DNA of 64,000 nt from NCBI GenBank assembly GCA_963706025.1, contig CAVPLM010000003.1:1-64000 (forward strand), in the 5' to 3' direction. Origin of the DNA: an uncultured Actinomycetes bacterium (GTDB lineage: Bacteria > Actinomycetota > Thermoleophilia > RBG-16-64-13). Shown one piece after another: positions 9,911 through 19,707 of the stretch. How positions within the stretch are numbered: the first letter of the stretch is position 1; each line of letters begins with the position of its first letter. The notes under the pieces were generated by a model. It was not told the DNA's origin and ran no database searches. It saw nothing but the letters and a program-made list of their open reading frames with translations. The position numbers and the translations under genes were made by a program.

Positions 9911-10384
9911 ACGGGCCGTTTCTGCTGGGACTGTGGCGAGAACGTGGGCGAGAGCAAGTTCTGCCGGAAGTGCGGGGCTCCTGTCCGAACGGTAGTTCAC
10001 GCTGAGCCTGCGCCGATATCGTCCGATGGGCCAGCATCAATACCCATCATGAAAATCGTCGGAGAGTCCCACTACCAGGAGACGCTGGAATCAATCGCTG
10101 GCCCCAAGGACGCAGAACCCCACTGGAGGCCGGTAGAAATCCAACTCAAGAGGGAACCGACCAACCCCTACGACCCGAACGCGGTCCAATGTCTTATTGA
10201 CGGGAAGCTGGTCGGATATATCGACCGCGAAGATACCCTCCACCTCCAGGACCTTCTTCGCCGTTGTGAAGAGCAGGGGCAAAAGACCACGGTGCCCGGC
10301 TGCATAGTTGGAGGGTGGAAGCATGAGGATGGCGACGAGGGCAGCTTCGGCGTGAGTATGGGTTCCCCAGAAGGCCCCGGTTAG
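9911..10384 (+). CDS. zinc-ribbon plus HIRAN domain protein; start unresolved
   Basis: IVGESHYQ and REPTNPYDPNAV...GKLVGYI HIRAN motifs. The frame extends upstream of the track start to CWDC...CRKC. Confidence 0.75.
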   Translation, partial: TGRFCWDCGENVGESKFCRKCGAPVRTVVHAEPAPISSDGPASIPIMKIVGESHYQETLESIAGPKDAEPHWRPVEIQLKREPTNPYDPNAVQCLIDGKLVGYIDREDTLHLQDLLRRCEEQGQKTTVPGCIVGGWKHEDGDEGSFGVSMGSPEGPG

Positions 10385-10488
10385 GAGCGGGGGGAGACCA
10401 ACGTCCCCCACGGGAACGGCTCTCGGTAGTCCTCTAGCACCCCGGGCCAACCTGTCGCCGTGGGTCGGGCATCTCTGCTGCTTGCCCC

Positions 10489-11046
10489 CTAGATCGCCGT
10501 CATGGCCGCTACCACCACCGCGATCACCTCTACGGCGGCGACGACTGCCCCCACATGCCAGGCTTGCAGCCGTTGAGGGCGGCGGCGTGGAGTCTCGGGG
10601 TCGAATAGCCGCGCCACCAGCGAAGCGATGGACGCTCCGACCATGCCGACGAGGAAGATCGCGACGAAGGCGAACAGCACGGTCAAGATAAGCCAGCCCG
10701 CCCCACCGGGGTACTCAGGGTCGTGCGGGACCAAGACTCCAGTTGCGACGGCCAACGTCAGCGCCGGGACAACCGCGAACGCCAGACCATACGCCCAGTC
10801 CGGACGCGACAGGCTAAGTAGCTCAAAGACGAACGGGGGGACGACCATCGCGGCGATAACGGCGACGAACCAACCCGGCCAGTCGAACCCTGGCTCCACA
10901 AGCCACACGAGCAGCACGGGAGCGACAAAGGCGACGAGAGCCGCGTAGACGACGCGCTCCCTTTGGCTTAGGCGCGGGGCCGTCCGCTTGGCCGTGGCAC
11001 TCGCCGTCTGGTCACCCTCGCCATCGGCACACGTTGCGCTGTGCAT
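10489..11046 (-). CDS. hypothetical membrane protein
   Basis: About five hydrophobic segments; start uncertain. Confidence 0.55.
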   Translation of the reverse strand: MHSATCADGEGDQTASATAKRTAPRLSQRERVVYAALVAFVAPVLLVWLVEPGFDWPGWFVAVIAAMVVPPFVFELLSLSRPDWAYGLAFAVVPALTLAVATGVLVPHDPEYPGGAGWLILTVLFAFVAIFLVGMVGASIASLVARLFDPETPRRRPQRLQAWHVGAVVAAVEVIAVVVAAMTAI

Positions 11047-11189
11047 GACACCGTCCCCTGGGTCGAGCAGCCCACGCCCCCTATCATACCGCCCTTCCTC
11101 CAGCCTCTGATGGCTGGGGCTGTGCGCGACCATCATCAACGTGGTGCTGTCACAAGATCGAGGTCAGAGACTCCCTTAAACGGGTCCCC

Positions 11190-11630
11190 GGCAAGGGCCT
11201 CCTGCTTGTCGGTCTCAAGAATGAGCAGAGCGAGCGCGATCACGCTATGCCGCCCTTTCTGAAGAGGCTGCTGCAGGAGCGTGAGTCGTCGCAGAAGCAG
11301 GCCGCGATGTGGGCGGGAAGCAAGTGGCTGGACACGAGCTACGTGTTCACGACATCGACCGGAAGACCGCTTGACGCGAGCAGGGTGTGGCAGAGCTTCA
11401 AGGTGCTCCTGCGCAAGGCCGACCTTCCCGACATGCGGGTCCATGATCTGCGCGGGTCGTGCGGAACGTTGCTCCATGGCTACGGCCTTCCCATGGCAGC
11501 AGTCAAGGAGACGATGGGCCACAGTCAGATCAGCACCACCATGGACATCTACGTGGGAGCCACCGACGAGTCCAAGCGACAGGCAGCCGCGATGATGGAT
11601 GACCTGCTCGGGTACTCTGCACGGTCCTGA
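11190..11630 (+). pseudogene. tyrosine recombinase/integrase C-terminal remnant
   Basis: YVFTTSTG, HDLR, MGHSQISTTMDIY (H-x-x-R, H, Y catalytic residues). The N-terminal and first catalytic Arg regions are absent. It converges on the tRNA 3' end. Confidence 0.88.
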
Positions 11631-11639
11631 TTGGGGACT

Positions 11640-11662
11640 TTGGCTGTCAACTTGGCTGTCAA
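11640..11662 (+). repeat. tandem TTGGCTGTCA boxes (copy 2), probable integrase arm-type sites
   Basis: TTGGCTGTCA-AC-TTGGCTGTCAA, lying between the integrase stop and the tRNA 3' end. Confidence 0.65.
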
Positions 11663-11734
11663 ATGGCCACGCCGGGGTCAACAGCTGGAGCAGACGCCGG
11701 AAGGAACTGCGCCATATGCAGGCTAAAGGTCAAA

Positions 11735-11807
11735 TGCCCCCGGGGTGACTCGAACACCCGACACGAGGTTTAGGAAACCTCTGCTCTATCCCCTGAGCTA
11801 CGGGGGC
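11735..11807 (-). tRNA. tRNA-Arg (CCT)
   Basis: GCCCCCGTAGCTCAGGGGATAGAGCAGAGGTTTCCTAAACCTCGTGTCGGGTGTTCGAGTCACCCCGGGGGCA folds as a cloverleaf with anticodon loop TTCCTAA. CCA is not encoded. An extended -10 (TGTTACAAT) lies at 11894-11886. Confidence 0.97.
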
Positions 11808-12136
11808 ACGGATAGGATCGGCCGACCCGGGACGTCACAGTGGGAGATCGACGCCACCGACACAGGCGACCGATTCAGCCGGCAGATTGTAACACCACCA
11901 TTCCGGTCGCCTCGCCGAGCCGCCCTATGGGCCCCAGGGATGTACCGGGGGTGTCTCCCCGCCCGGCCACCCGCGCATCCCGTCGCAGAACGAGTCCGGC
12001 CGCCCCGCGGCCTAGTCCCGCCGCCGCAGCCGCGCCCCCATCGTCGCCCCAGGTCCTCCTCACCGCTTGCCATCACCCGTCCGCCTTGTATACTGGCGGA
12101 CGCCCCCTGTTTGCTCCGTCTTCTAAGCGAGGCTTC

Positions 12137-12739
12137 ATGGACTTCAAAGAGATCGTCAAGAACCGGCACTCGGTCCGTCAGTACCAGGCCAAGGCTGTTC
12201 CCGAAGAGACCATCGACGAACTGCTCGAGCTGATCAGCTACTCCGTCTCGGCGATAAACATGCAACCGTGGAAGATCAAGGTCGTCGCCGATCAGAAGAC
12301 CAAGGACGAGCTCTTCCCTGCCACTTTCGGCATGACCCAGGTCACAGCCTGCTCTCATCTGCTGGTCCTGTGCGCCGACACCGATTACCCGACGATCATC
12401 GCCAAGCTCGGCGATGCAATGGCCGCGGCCGGGGTCTCCGACGAGATGCGCGAGCGCATGATCGATCTCGCTACCAACGTCTCGAACAACATGACGCCCG
12501 AGCAGCGCCTCACCTGGTCGCAGAACCAGGTGCACATCGCCCTCGGTAACGCCCTCAACGGCGCCTACTCCTTGGGATTGGGCGCCTGCCCGATGACCGC
12601 CTTCCGGCCCGATGAGTTCGCGCGCATCCTGGAGCTTCCCGACACCGTCGTGCCCACCGTGCTGGTGTCGGTCGGCTACCCGGCCGAGGGTCAGCCGGCG
12701 CCCAAGCTCCGGTACCCGGTGAGCGACATCGTCGTTTAA
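12137..12739 (+). CDS. nitroreductase family protein
   Basis: RHSVRQY, SAINMQPW, GLGACPM and VSVGYP motifs; GAGG RBS; TATACT at 12089. Confidence 0.92.
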   Translation: MDFKEIVKNRHSVRQYQAKAVPEETIDELLELISYSVSAINMQPWKIKVVADQKTKDELFPATFGMTQVTACSHLLVLCADTDYPTIIAKLGDAMAAAGVSDEMRERMIDLATNVSNNMTPEQRLTWSQNQVHIALGNALNGAYSLGLGACPMTAFRPDEFARILELPDTVVPTVLVSVGYPAEGQPAPKLRYPVSDIVV

Positions 12740-12749
12740 CCTAGAAGCA

Positions 12750-13349
12750 ATGGACGTCGTCTTCTCCAGCATCTACGCGCGCGCCTGTATGGGTGCAGGC
12801 TTGGCAGTCCTCACCGGGGTACGGGCCTTCCTCCCCATCGCCTTCCTGGCCCTCTACTCGCGCCTGGAGTTCGCGAGCGCCCCTATCCTCGAAGGCACAC
12901 CGTTCGCCTTCCTGGAGAAGACCTGGGTCATCGCCCTCTTTTTCGCTCTCGCCATCATCGAACTGGCGGTCGACAAGATGCCCTCCCTCTATCCAACCCG
13001 CGATCAGATCATGCAGCCCATCAAGATCGTGCTGGGTGGGGTGGTGTTCGCAGCCGCAATGGCCCCCGACGGCTGGATCGCCATGACGGTCTCGGGCATC
13101 CTCGGGCTGGTGATCGCCGGTCTCGCCGACCGGGTCCGCCGTTCCATGCGTCCCTACGAGACCGCGGACGCCGGCCCCCTCGTCCTCATGAGTATCTACG
13201 AGGACGTCGCCGTTCTCATCGGCACCCTCCTCTTCGTGCTGGTGCCACTCATCGGCGCGCTCGTCGCCTTCTTCCTCTTCCTGCTCGTGTACCGTCTCCA
13301 GCGAAGGGGCAAGCGCAAACACAAAGGTTTGCGTATCCTTAAAGGGTAG
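12750..13349 (+). CDS. DUF4126 family membrane protein
   Basis: GLAVLTGVRAFLP, IELAVDKMP and SIYEDV patterns. Confidence 0.8.
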   Translation: MDVVFSSIYARACMGAGLAVLTGVRAFLPIAFLALYSRLEFASAPILEGTPFAFLEKTWVIALFFALAIIELAVDKMPSLYPTRDQIMQPIKIVLGGVVFAAAMAPDGWIAMTVSGILGLVIAGLADRVRRSMRPYETADAGPLVLMSIYEDVAVLIGTLLFVLVPLIGALVAFFLFLLVYRLQRRGKRKHKGLRILKG

Positions 13350-13445
13350 TCTTCAAAGGGGTGCTCCCAAGCTCTGGCCCGTTTCCCGGCGCGGGACGTG
13401 CCGGACCGCCGTTCCTGGAAGCGGCCTAGGTTGCGACAAAGGACC

Positions 13446-14252
13446 ATGGGCTCAGAACTCACCGAGACCGACTTCGTTCACCTCCGTCACCGCATGGTCG
13501 AGGACCAGCTGCGTGCCCGCGGCCTCGCGGACGAGCGGGTGCTGGCTGCCATGGAGAGCGTTCCCCGCCATCTGTTTGTCCCTGCCGCCCAGCGCCACGC
13601 GGCCTACGATGACGCCCCCTTGCCCATCGGGCTGGGCCAGACCATCTCGCAACCCTACATCGTGGCCTGCATGACCGAACTACTCCGCCTTACCGCTACC
13701 CACAGGGTGCTCGAGGTCGGCACAGGCTCCGGCTACCAGGCTGCGGTATTGGCTACACTCGCCGAGGAGGTCTGGACCATCGAACGCCACGCCGACCTGG
13801 CCGACCAGGCGGAGGAGCGTCTGGCCGCACTGGGCTACAAGAATGTCCGAGTGATCGCCGGTGACGGTACTCTCGGCTTCCTCGAGGCCGCCCCTTACGA
13901 CGCGATCATAGTCACGGCTGCCGCTCCGCACGTTCCCGATGCGCTGCGCGAGCAGTTGGCAGTCGGTGGTCGGATGGTAATACCAGTGGCGGCGGGCTAC
14001 GCGGAGGACCTGAAGCTCATCGAGCGCCTGCCGGACGCGCCTGCGACGTCGGGGGAGAGCGGGGTCCCGCCTGGGATGGCACCCGAGCGCGGCGCACAGC
14101 CTGCGGAGGGCACACAGCCCGCGGCCGTTACCGGCGCCGCGGGGCCCGACGAAGGTCCCCCGGCCGCACCGGCGGCGCCCCAGTATCGGGAGACCTCCAT
14201 CTTGGGATGTGTGTTCGTCCCCCTCATCGGCGAGCAGGGATACCCCAGGTGA
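13446..14252 (+). CDS. pcm: protein-L-isoaspartate O-methyltransferase
   Basis: VPRHLFV, GQTISQPYIV, VLEVGTGSGYQAA, APYDAIIVTAA and CVFVPLIG. Confidence 0.95.
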   Translation: MGSELTETDFVHLRHRMVEDQLRARGLADERVLAAMESVPRHLFVPAAQRHAAYDDAPLPIGLGQTISQPYIVACMTELLRLTATHRVLEVGTGSGYQAAVLATLAEEVWTIERHADLADQAEERLAALGYKNVRVIAGDGTLGFLEAAPYDAIIVTAAAPHVPDALREQLAVGGRMVIPVAAGYAEDLKLIERLPDAPATSGESGVPPGMAPERGAQPAEGTQPAAVTGAAGPDEGPPAAPAAPQYRETSILGCVFVPLIGEQGYPR

Positions 14253-14551
14253 CCGGACCAGACCCTTCCCCGGACGACTTCACGCCGGTCCGTCTGCGCT
14301 TGTGCGTCGATGGCCGGGTGCAGGGAGTCTGGTTCCGTCAGTCCACGTGGCAACAGGCCGACCGTCTGGGAGTGAGCGGCTGGGTGCGGAACCTACCCGA
14401 CGGCCGCGTGGAAGCGGTGTACGAGGGCCCGCGCGCTGCGGTCGAGGAGTTGCTGGAGTGGACGCGCCGCGGTCCCGATCGAGCCTTGGTCACAGCCGTC
14501 GAGATCTACGACGAGGAGCCAAAAGGGGAGCGGGGCTTCAGCGTCCGCTGA
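14249..14551 (+). CDS. acyP: acylphosphatase
   Basis: GRVQGVWFR and GWVRNLPDGRVE signatures; GTGA overlap with the pcm stop. Confidence 0.95.
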   Translation: MTGPDPSPDDFTPVRLRLCVDGRVQGVWFRQSTWQQADRLGVSGWVRNLPDGRVEAVYEGPRAAVEELLEWTRRGPDRALVTAVEIYDEEPKGERGFSVR

Positions 14552-14567
14552 CGCTGAAGCCCCGCTC
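14528..14567. terminator. perfect 18-bp hairpin between convergent acyP and htrA-like genes
   Basis: GAGCGGGGCTTCAGCGTC-CGCT-GACGCTGAAGCCCCGCTC; no U tract. Confidence 0.6.
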
Positions 14568-14608
14568 TGCGCCGTCCCGCGAACGACCCCGTCCGCGGGC
14601 TTTCCCGA

Positions 14609-15811
14609 CTATAGGCCGGCCGGCCGCTCCTCCAGAGTCACCGAGATGACCTGCGTGGTGCCGTTGCGGTCGACGGTCACCTCTACGGTGTCTCCCGGTT
14701 TCTTGTCCCTGACCGCGATCAGAACGTCGCTCGCCTCCACCATCTCCTCGCCGTCGATCTCGATGATGATGTCGCCCTGCTGGATGCCCGCGTTATCCGC
14801 CGGTCCCCCGGGGGTCACCTCCGCCACCAGGACCCCCGATGAACGCGATAGCCCGAACTGCTGCTGGAGCTCAGAGGTCACCGTCCGCGTGCCTACACCG
14901 ATGTAGGCGTGGGTGGCGCTGCCGGTCGCGATGATCTCGTCGGCGATCTTGGTGGCCGTTACCGATGGTATGGCGAAGCCGATGTTGACCGCCCCCGTCT
15001 GCCCCGGCGGCAGGTAGGCCACGTTGATACCGATCACCTCTCCACTCGCGTTGGCGAGCGCTCCTCCCGAGTTGCCCGGGCTGATGGGAGCGTCGGTCTG
15101 TATGAGGTTGGCCAGGGCCACACCTTCGGCGCCCGGGACTCCCTCGATGCTCCTGGCCAGACCAGAGACGATCCCCAAGGTAACCGAGTTCTCATACCCA
15201 AGAGGACTACCGATCGCTACGGCATACTCCCCCACCGCCGGCAGGTCGGTGTTGAAGATGGCGACCGGAAGCTGCATACCGGCGTCCACCTGGATCACGG
15301 CCAGGTCGGTCAAGGGGTCGCGGCCCAGGATGGTGGCCGGCAGCTTCTCCCCCGTGGTAAGGGTGACCTCTATATTGCCCACCGGATCGCCGATTTGGTC
15401 GGACACCACGTGGTTGTTGGTGATGATCTTCCCGTCGGCGGTGTAGATGACCCCCGAGCCTTCCCCGCCGTACTGCTGCCCCTGGGTCGTCCCGCTGATG
15501 GCGATGTTCACCACGCTCGGCCCCAGCTTGGCCGCCACCGACTCGGCGGGGCTCACTTGACCGTCGCCGCCGCTTTGCCCGGTGACGGTAGAGGGGGTGT
15601 TGCCCGTCTCAGCCGTGGTGTCGGTGGATTGGCCGGCTGTGGTTGCCGGTGAAGCTGGGGTTGTGGCGCCGCCACCGGTCTCGATGGTACAGCCGACAAA
15701 AGCGAAGGCGGTTCCGGCAACCAGGGCGACTGCCACCACGATCTCGATGACTGCCCACCGAACACGTTGCCGCCCCCGCCGGCGGTGAGTCCCCGCCTCG
15801 ATCAGTGCCAT
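14609..15811 (-). CDS. htrA: HtrA/DegP-like serine protease (trypsin plus one PDZ), probable lipoprotein
   Basis: TNNHVV, TDLAV and ISPGNSGG catalytic triad; C-terminal PDZ; FVG-C lipobox-like motif. Confidence 0.93.
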   Translation of the reverse strand: MALIEAGTHRRRGRQRVRWAVIEIVVAVALVAGTAFAFVGCTIETGGGATTPASPATTAGQSTDTTAETGNTPSTVTGQSGGDGQVSPAESVAAKLGPSVVNIAISGTTQGQQYGGEGSGVIYTADGKIITNNHVVSDQIGDPVGNIEVTLTTGEKLPATILGRDPLTDLAVIQVDAGMQLPVAIFNTDLPAVGEYAVAIGSPLGYENSVTLGIVSGLARSIEGVPGAEGVALANLIQTDAPISPGNSGGALANASGEVIGINVAYLPPGQTGAVNIGFAIPSVTATKIADEIIATGSATHAYIGVGTRTVTSELQQQFGLSRSSGVLVAEVTPGGPADNAGIQQGDIIIEIDGEEMVEASDVLIAVRDKKPGDTVEVTVDRNGTTQVISVTLEERPAGL

Positions 15812-15972
15812 AGTCAAACTCCTCCTGAAAGGATTCCCTCTCGTAGTTCGTCCTGTCTGAGGGCCGGGCAGGACAGGCCTATTCTACCCAGGCACCTCTC
15901 CGGTTAACCTCGGCGGCCCGGCTCTGACTAGGCGCGCTCCCACCGACGTTCGCCGCATCATACCCGCCCCGG

Positions 15973-16050
15973 CATAAGAGACGCGTAAAGCCGGAGTGAG
16001 CCACGGTGCACCCGTTGTCCCCGCCACGCGAGTCTTTACGGGCGCTTTAC
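15973..16050. promoter_or_regulatory. two oppositely oriented tandem (G/A)TAA(A/G) repeat pairs with 11-bp period, candidate response-regulator boxes
   Basis: Plus strand CATAAGAGACGCGTAAAG (15973-15990); minus strand GTAAAGCGCCCGTAAAG (16050-16034). Confidence 0.5.
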
Positions 16051-16165
16051 TCCTTCTTGTCTACACTCCGTCGAAGACGCCGCGGGGTATCATCGTATTT
16101 GTCATCGTATTGCCGTGGCTCGTATCCGCGTTAGCTGCCATACCCAGTGAAGAACGGGGAAGGGA

Positions 16166-16819
16166 ATGCGGCTCCTGCTAGTTGAAGACGAAGAGCGGCT
16201 GGCCAACACCATCGCCCGCGGCCTGCGCAACGAAGGCATGGCGGTAGATGTGGTGTTCGACGGCAGCTCAGCCCTTTCCAAAGCCGCTGTGAACAATTAC
16301 GACGTGGTCGTGCTCGATCGCAACCTGCCCGGTGTCCACGGCGACGACGTCTGCCGCGCTTTGGTGGCGCGCCAGTCCACGGCCCGCATCCTCATGCTCA
16401 CAGCGGCCGGCTCCATCCAGGACCGGGTGACCGGCCTCGATCTGGGTGCGGACGACTACCTGCCCAAGCCTTTCGCTCTCAAAGAGCTTGTCGCCCGCAT
16501 CCGCGCTCTGGGAAGACGCGCGGCGACTCCGGTACCTCCGGTACTCATCTCCGGCGACCTGTTGCTCGATCCGGCCCGGCATGTGGCCGAGCGGGCCGGG
16601 CGTGATCTGGGCCTTACCAAGAAGGAGTTCGGGGTTCTGCAAACGCTCCTGTCGGCAGAAGGCCGGGTCGTCAGCGCCGAAGAGCTCTTGGAAAAGGCGT
16701 GGGACGAGAACACCGATCCGTTCACCAACGTGGTGCGGGTGACCATAATGACGCTTCGCCGCAAGGTGGGCGATCCCCCGCTCATCGAGACCATCCCCGG
16801 CGTAGGCTACAGGATATGA
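16166..16819 (+). CDS. OmpR-family response regulator (CutR-like)
   Basis: LLLVEDE, VLDRNLP, ADDYLPKPF receiver motifs; winged helix ending IETIPGVGYRI. Confidence 0.95.
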   Translation: MRLLLVEDEERLANTIARGLRNEGMAVDVVFDGSSALSKAAVNNYDVVVLDRNLPGVHGDDVCRALVARQSTARILMLTAAGSIQDRVTGLDLGADDYLPKPFALKELVARIRALGRRAATPVPPVLISGDLLLDPARHVAERAGRDLGLTKKEFGVLQTLLSAEGRVVSAEELLEKAWDENTDPFTNVVRVTIMTLRRKVGDPPLIETIPGVGYRI

Positions 16820-18237
16820 GCTCCGAATCGGTCATCGACGGGCGCATGGGGCCCGGCGGGTCAGCGAGCCGGCTGCGAGCCCGGCGGGTCAGCGGGGCCC
16901 GTGGGCGACGTACTCGACCCCATCGCGGAGGGTGCCCCGGTTGACGAGTCTCGCCGCGGCTGCCGCCATGCCTGCAGAAGAGGTGACCACGACTGGGGGC
17001 TCCGGCGGACGGAGGGGCCTCACCATCCGCCTCAAGCTGACTCTCTGGTACGGCGGTCTCTTCCTGCTCGCCGGTGTCCTGCTGATCGCAGTCAACTATT
17101 TCCTGGTCCGCGACAGCCTCAGCATCGCGCCGGAGAAGGCCCGGGCGGCTGTGGCCGAGCGGTTCGACATCCCGCCCGAGGCGCTCGAGTTCTTCGGTCC
17201 GCCCGGCAGACCCGGTGAGGAGATGCAGCGATACGTGACGATCAACGGCATCCCCCTGCCCCGCCTGCTCGACGAGGCGCAGCGCGAATTGAAGGAAGAG
17301 GCTCTTCGTCAGCTCTGGCTCAGGTCGCTCCTTGCCCTGGCCATAATGGCGGTCATAACGTTCGGACTGGCCTGGCTGCTTGCCGGTCGGATGCTCCGGC
17401 CATTGCACGCGATCACCAGCACTGCCCGGCGGTTGTCGGAGTCGACACTCCACGAGCGCATCGCTCTCAAGGGACCCCACGATGAGCTGAAGGAGCTGGC
17501 CGACACCTTCGACGGCATGCTGGCCCGTCTCGACACCGCTTTCACCGCCCAGAAGAGAGTTCGTGGCCAATGCCTCCCATGAGTTGCGCACCCCCCTCAC
17601 CATCATCCGCACCGAGATCGACGTGGCTCTCAGCGACCCCGACCTCTCTCAGCAAGAACTGAGGGAAATGGGTGCGGCCGTCGGTGAGGCCGTGGATCGG
17701 AGCGAAAAGCTCATCGACGGTCTGCTGGTGCTGGCCCGAGCCGATAGCCCGCCCACCCAGGTCGACCTCGACCTGGCCGAACTCGCCGCCGGCCAGGTGG
17801 AGCAGTCCGCGGGCGAAGCCGACGCCCTGGGACTGCGTCTGGAGCTCGACCTGAAGCCTGCGCCGTTCAAGGGCGATCGAGCCCTGATGGAGCGAATGGT
17901 GGGAAACCTGGTGGAGAACGCCATCCGGCACAATCTGCCCGACGGCTGGTTCACGGTCAAGACTGGCGCGGAGGGCGATCGGGCGGTGTTGCAGGTGGCC
18001 AACAGCGGGCCGGTACTGCCTGCGGACGATATCGAGCGCTTGTTCGACCGCTTCTACCGGCCCGACAAATCGCGCAGCCGTAGGACCGGCGGATTCGGTT
18101 TGGGACTCTCCATCGTCAAAACGGTCGTCACGGCCCATGGGGGCTCGGTGGATCTATCGGCGCCGGCCGAGGGCGGTCTCACGGTGACCGTCAGTCTGGC
18201 GGCCACACCTCCGGCAGGTCCAGATAGCGGCTCATGA
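16816..18237 (+). CDS. HAMP sensor histidine kinase (CutS-like) with apparent frameshifts
   Basis: Two TMs and HAMP in ORF 16932-17582; FVANASHELRTP, NAIRHN and GGFGLGLSIV in ORF 17563-18237. Shift near 17555. The ATGA-coupled start at 16816 implies a second shift near 16900. Confidence 0.88.
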
Positions 18238-19620
18238 CCAGCGCCACATGGGCCCTTTGCGCCCCCGCCCAGGGATCGAACCTTCCGTCTGAGTAGCCCG
18301 ACATCAGACCGAGGTCGACCACCAGAGCGACGTCGGCCGCCGCGTATTCCGGAACATCGGCGAAGGCCGAAACCGCCGCTTCCGCTGGGGCTGACACCCC
18401 CTCCTGGACCGCTGCCCTCCTTGCTCAGCGGACGGCTCAGCCGGCGGAATCGCTTCTTGGACGGACGCCCCGGTCGGCGGCGCGACTCCATAGCCTTTCA
18501 GCTGGCGGGCCATCCGGGCAAGGATCTGAGCCAACTGCACCCGAGTGATGGCGGCGTTGGGCTTGAACACCGGCGTCCCCTCGGGGCCGGCCGAGCCTAC
18601 CACCAGCCCCGCGGCCGCCGCTTCCTCGACGAAGTCGAAGGGATAGGGGAGCGCGTTCCCGTTTGAGTCCCGGTACATGGGCACGTCCGAGAAGGTGGGC
18701 GACCCCGCGTTCTCGACCTCGTCGGTGTGCAGACGCCCCACCAGCGTCGCTACCTTGGCCACTTGGGCTCTGGTAATGGTGTCGCCGGGACCGAAGTAGT
18801 TGCCGTCGTAGCCGCCCATGAAGCCCAGGTCCACCATCCGGGCGATGGCCTGTCCCGTCTCGGTACCTGTGTCCACATCGAGGAACAGGCGATCCCCCTT
18901 CAGCATGGTGGAGACGGTGACGAGCTCATAGCCCTTGGCTCGAAGCCGGGAGGCGATGCCGGGGATGGCGGCCGCAGTGTGGGGCGCGGACAGGTGCATG
19001 ACCACGATGGCCCCATTGTGGGCGTGCGCGACCACGTGATCGGCGATGGCCGAGGCCGAGCCGCCGGCCCAGTCCCGCGGGTCGACGTCCCAGAGGACCA
19101 GATGGCGGAAACCCTCACTGCCTGCAACCTCCGCCACCCGCGCGTTGGTCGAGCCGTAGGGTGGACGGAAGAGAGGCACCGTTCGAGCCCCGGTGGCCTT
19201 GCGGAAAGCGTCGGTGCCGCCCCCGATCTGCGCGACCATGGCCCCACTGGACAATCTGACCAGCACAGGGTGAGACCAACTGTGATCGCCCACCTCGAAC
19301 CAGCCTGCCGCCATGCCCTTCACGATCTCCCGGTTGATCGCCGGATAGGCGTTCACCCCCGAACCGATGACAAACAACGTCGCCGGGACCTCGTTCTTCT
19401 GGAGAGCGCGCAGGGTGGCCAGCGCCCGATCGACCGAGGTGTTGTCGTCGAAGGTGAGCGCGATCTGCTTGCGCTCGGCCGAGCCCTTGAAGACCACCGA
19501 GGCGGAAGCGGCGGAGACCGCCCCGGTCCAGAGCAGAGTCATAGCCAGAGCCAGGCCCGAAACCGCCATCCCCAGCCTGAACGTGCGCCGCCCCGGCCGC
19601 ATGACCCGCTCCCACCGCAT
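18191..19620 (-). CDS. secreted polysaccharide deacetylase (NodB/CE4) with C-terminal SLH domains; frameshift near 18400
   Basis: Signal peptide, ALTFDD, HSWSH, FRPPYG and IVVMH. SLH motifs FGPGDTITRAQ, FKPNAAITRVQ and, in the next frame, GYSDGRFDP..AQRAH. Confidence 0.88.
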
Positions 19621-19707
19621 CGTCCCCTCACCTTTCACGCTGGTCCCCCTCACGCGGGTGTCCTCAGGCAGGTCATCCTCGCACCGCGCGTTCTCATGTA
19701 GGCCGTC

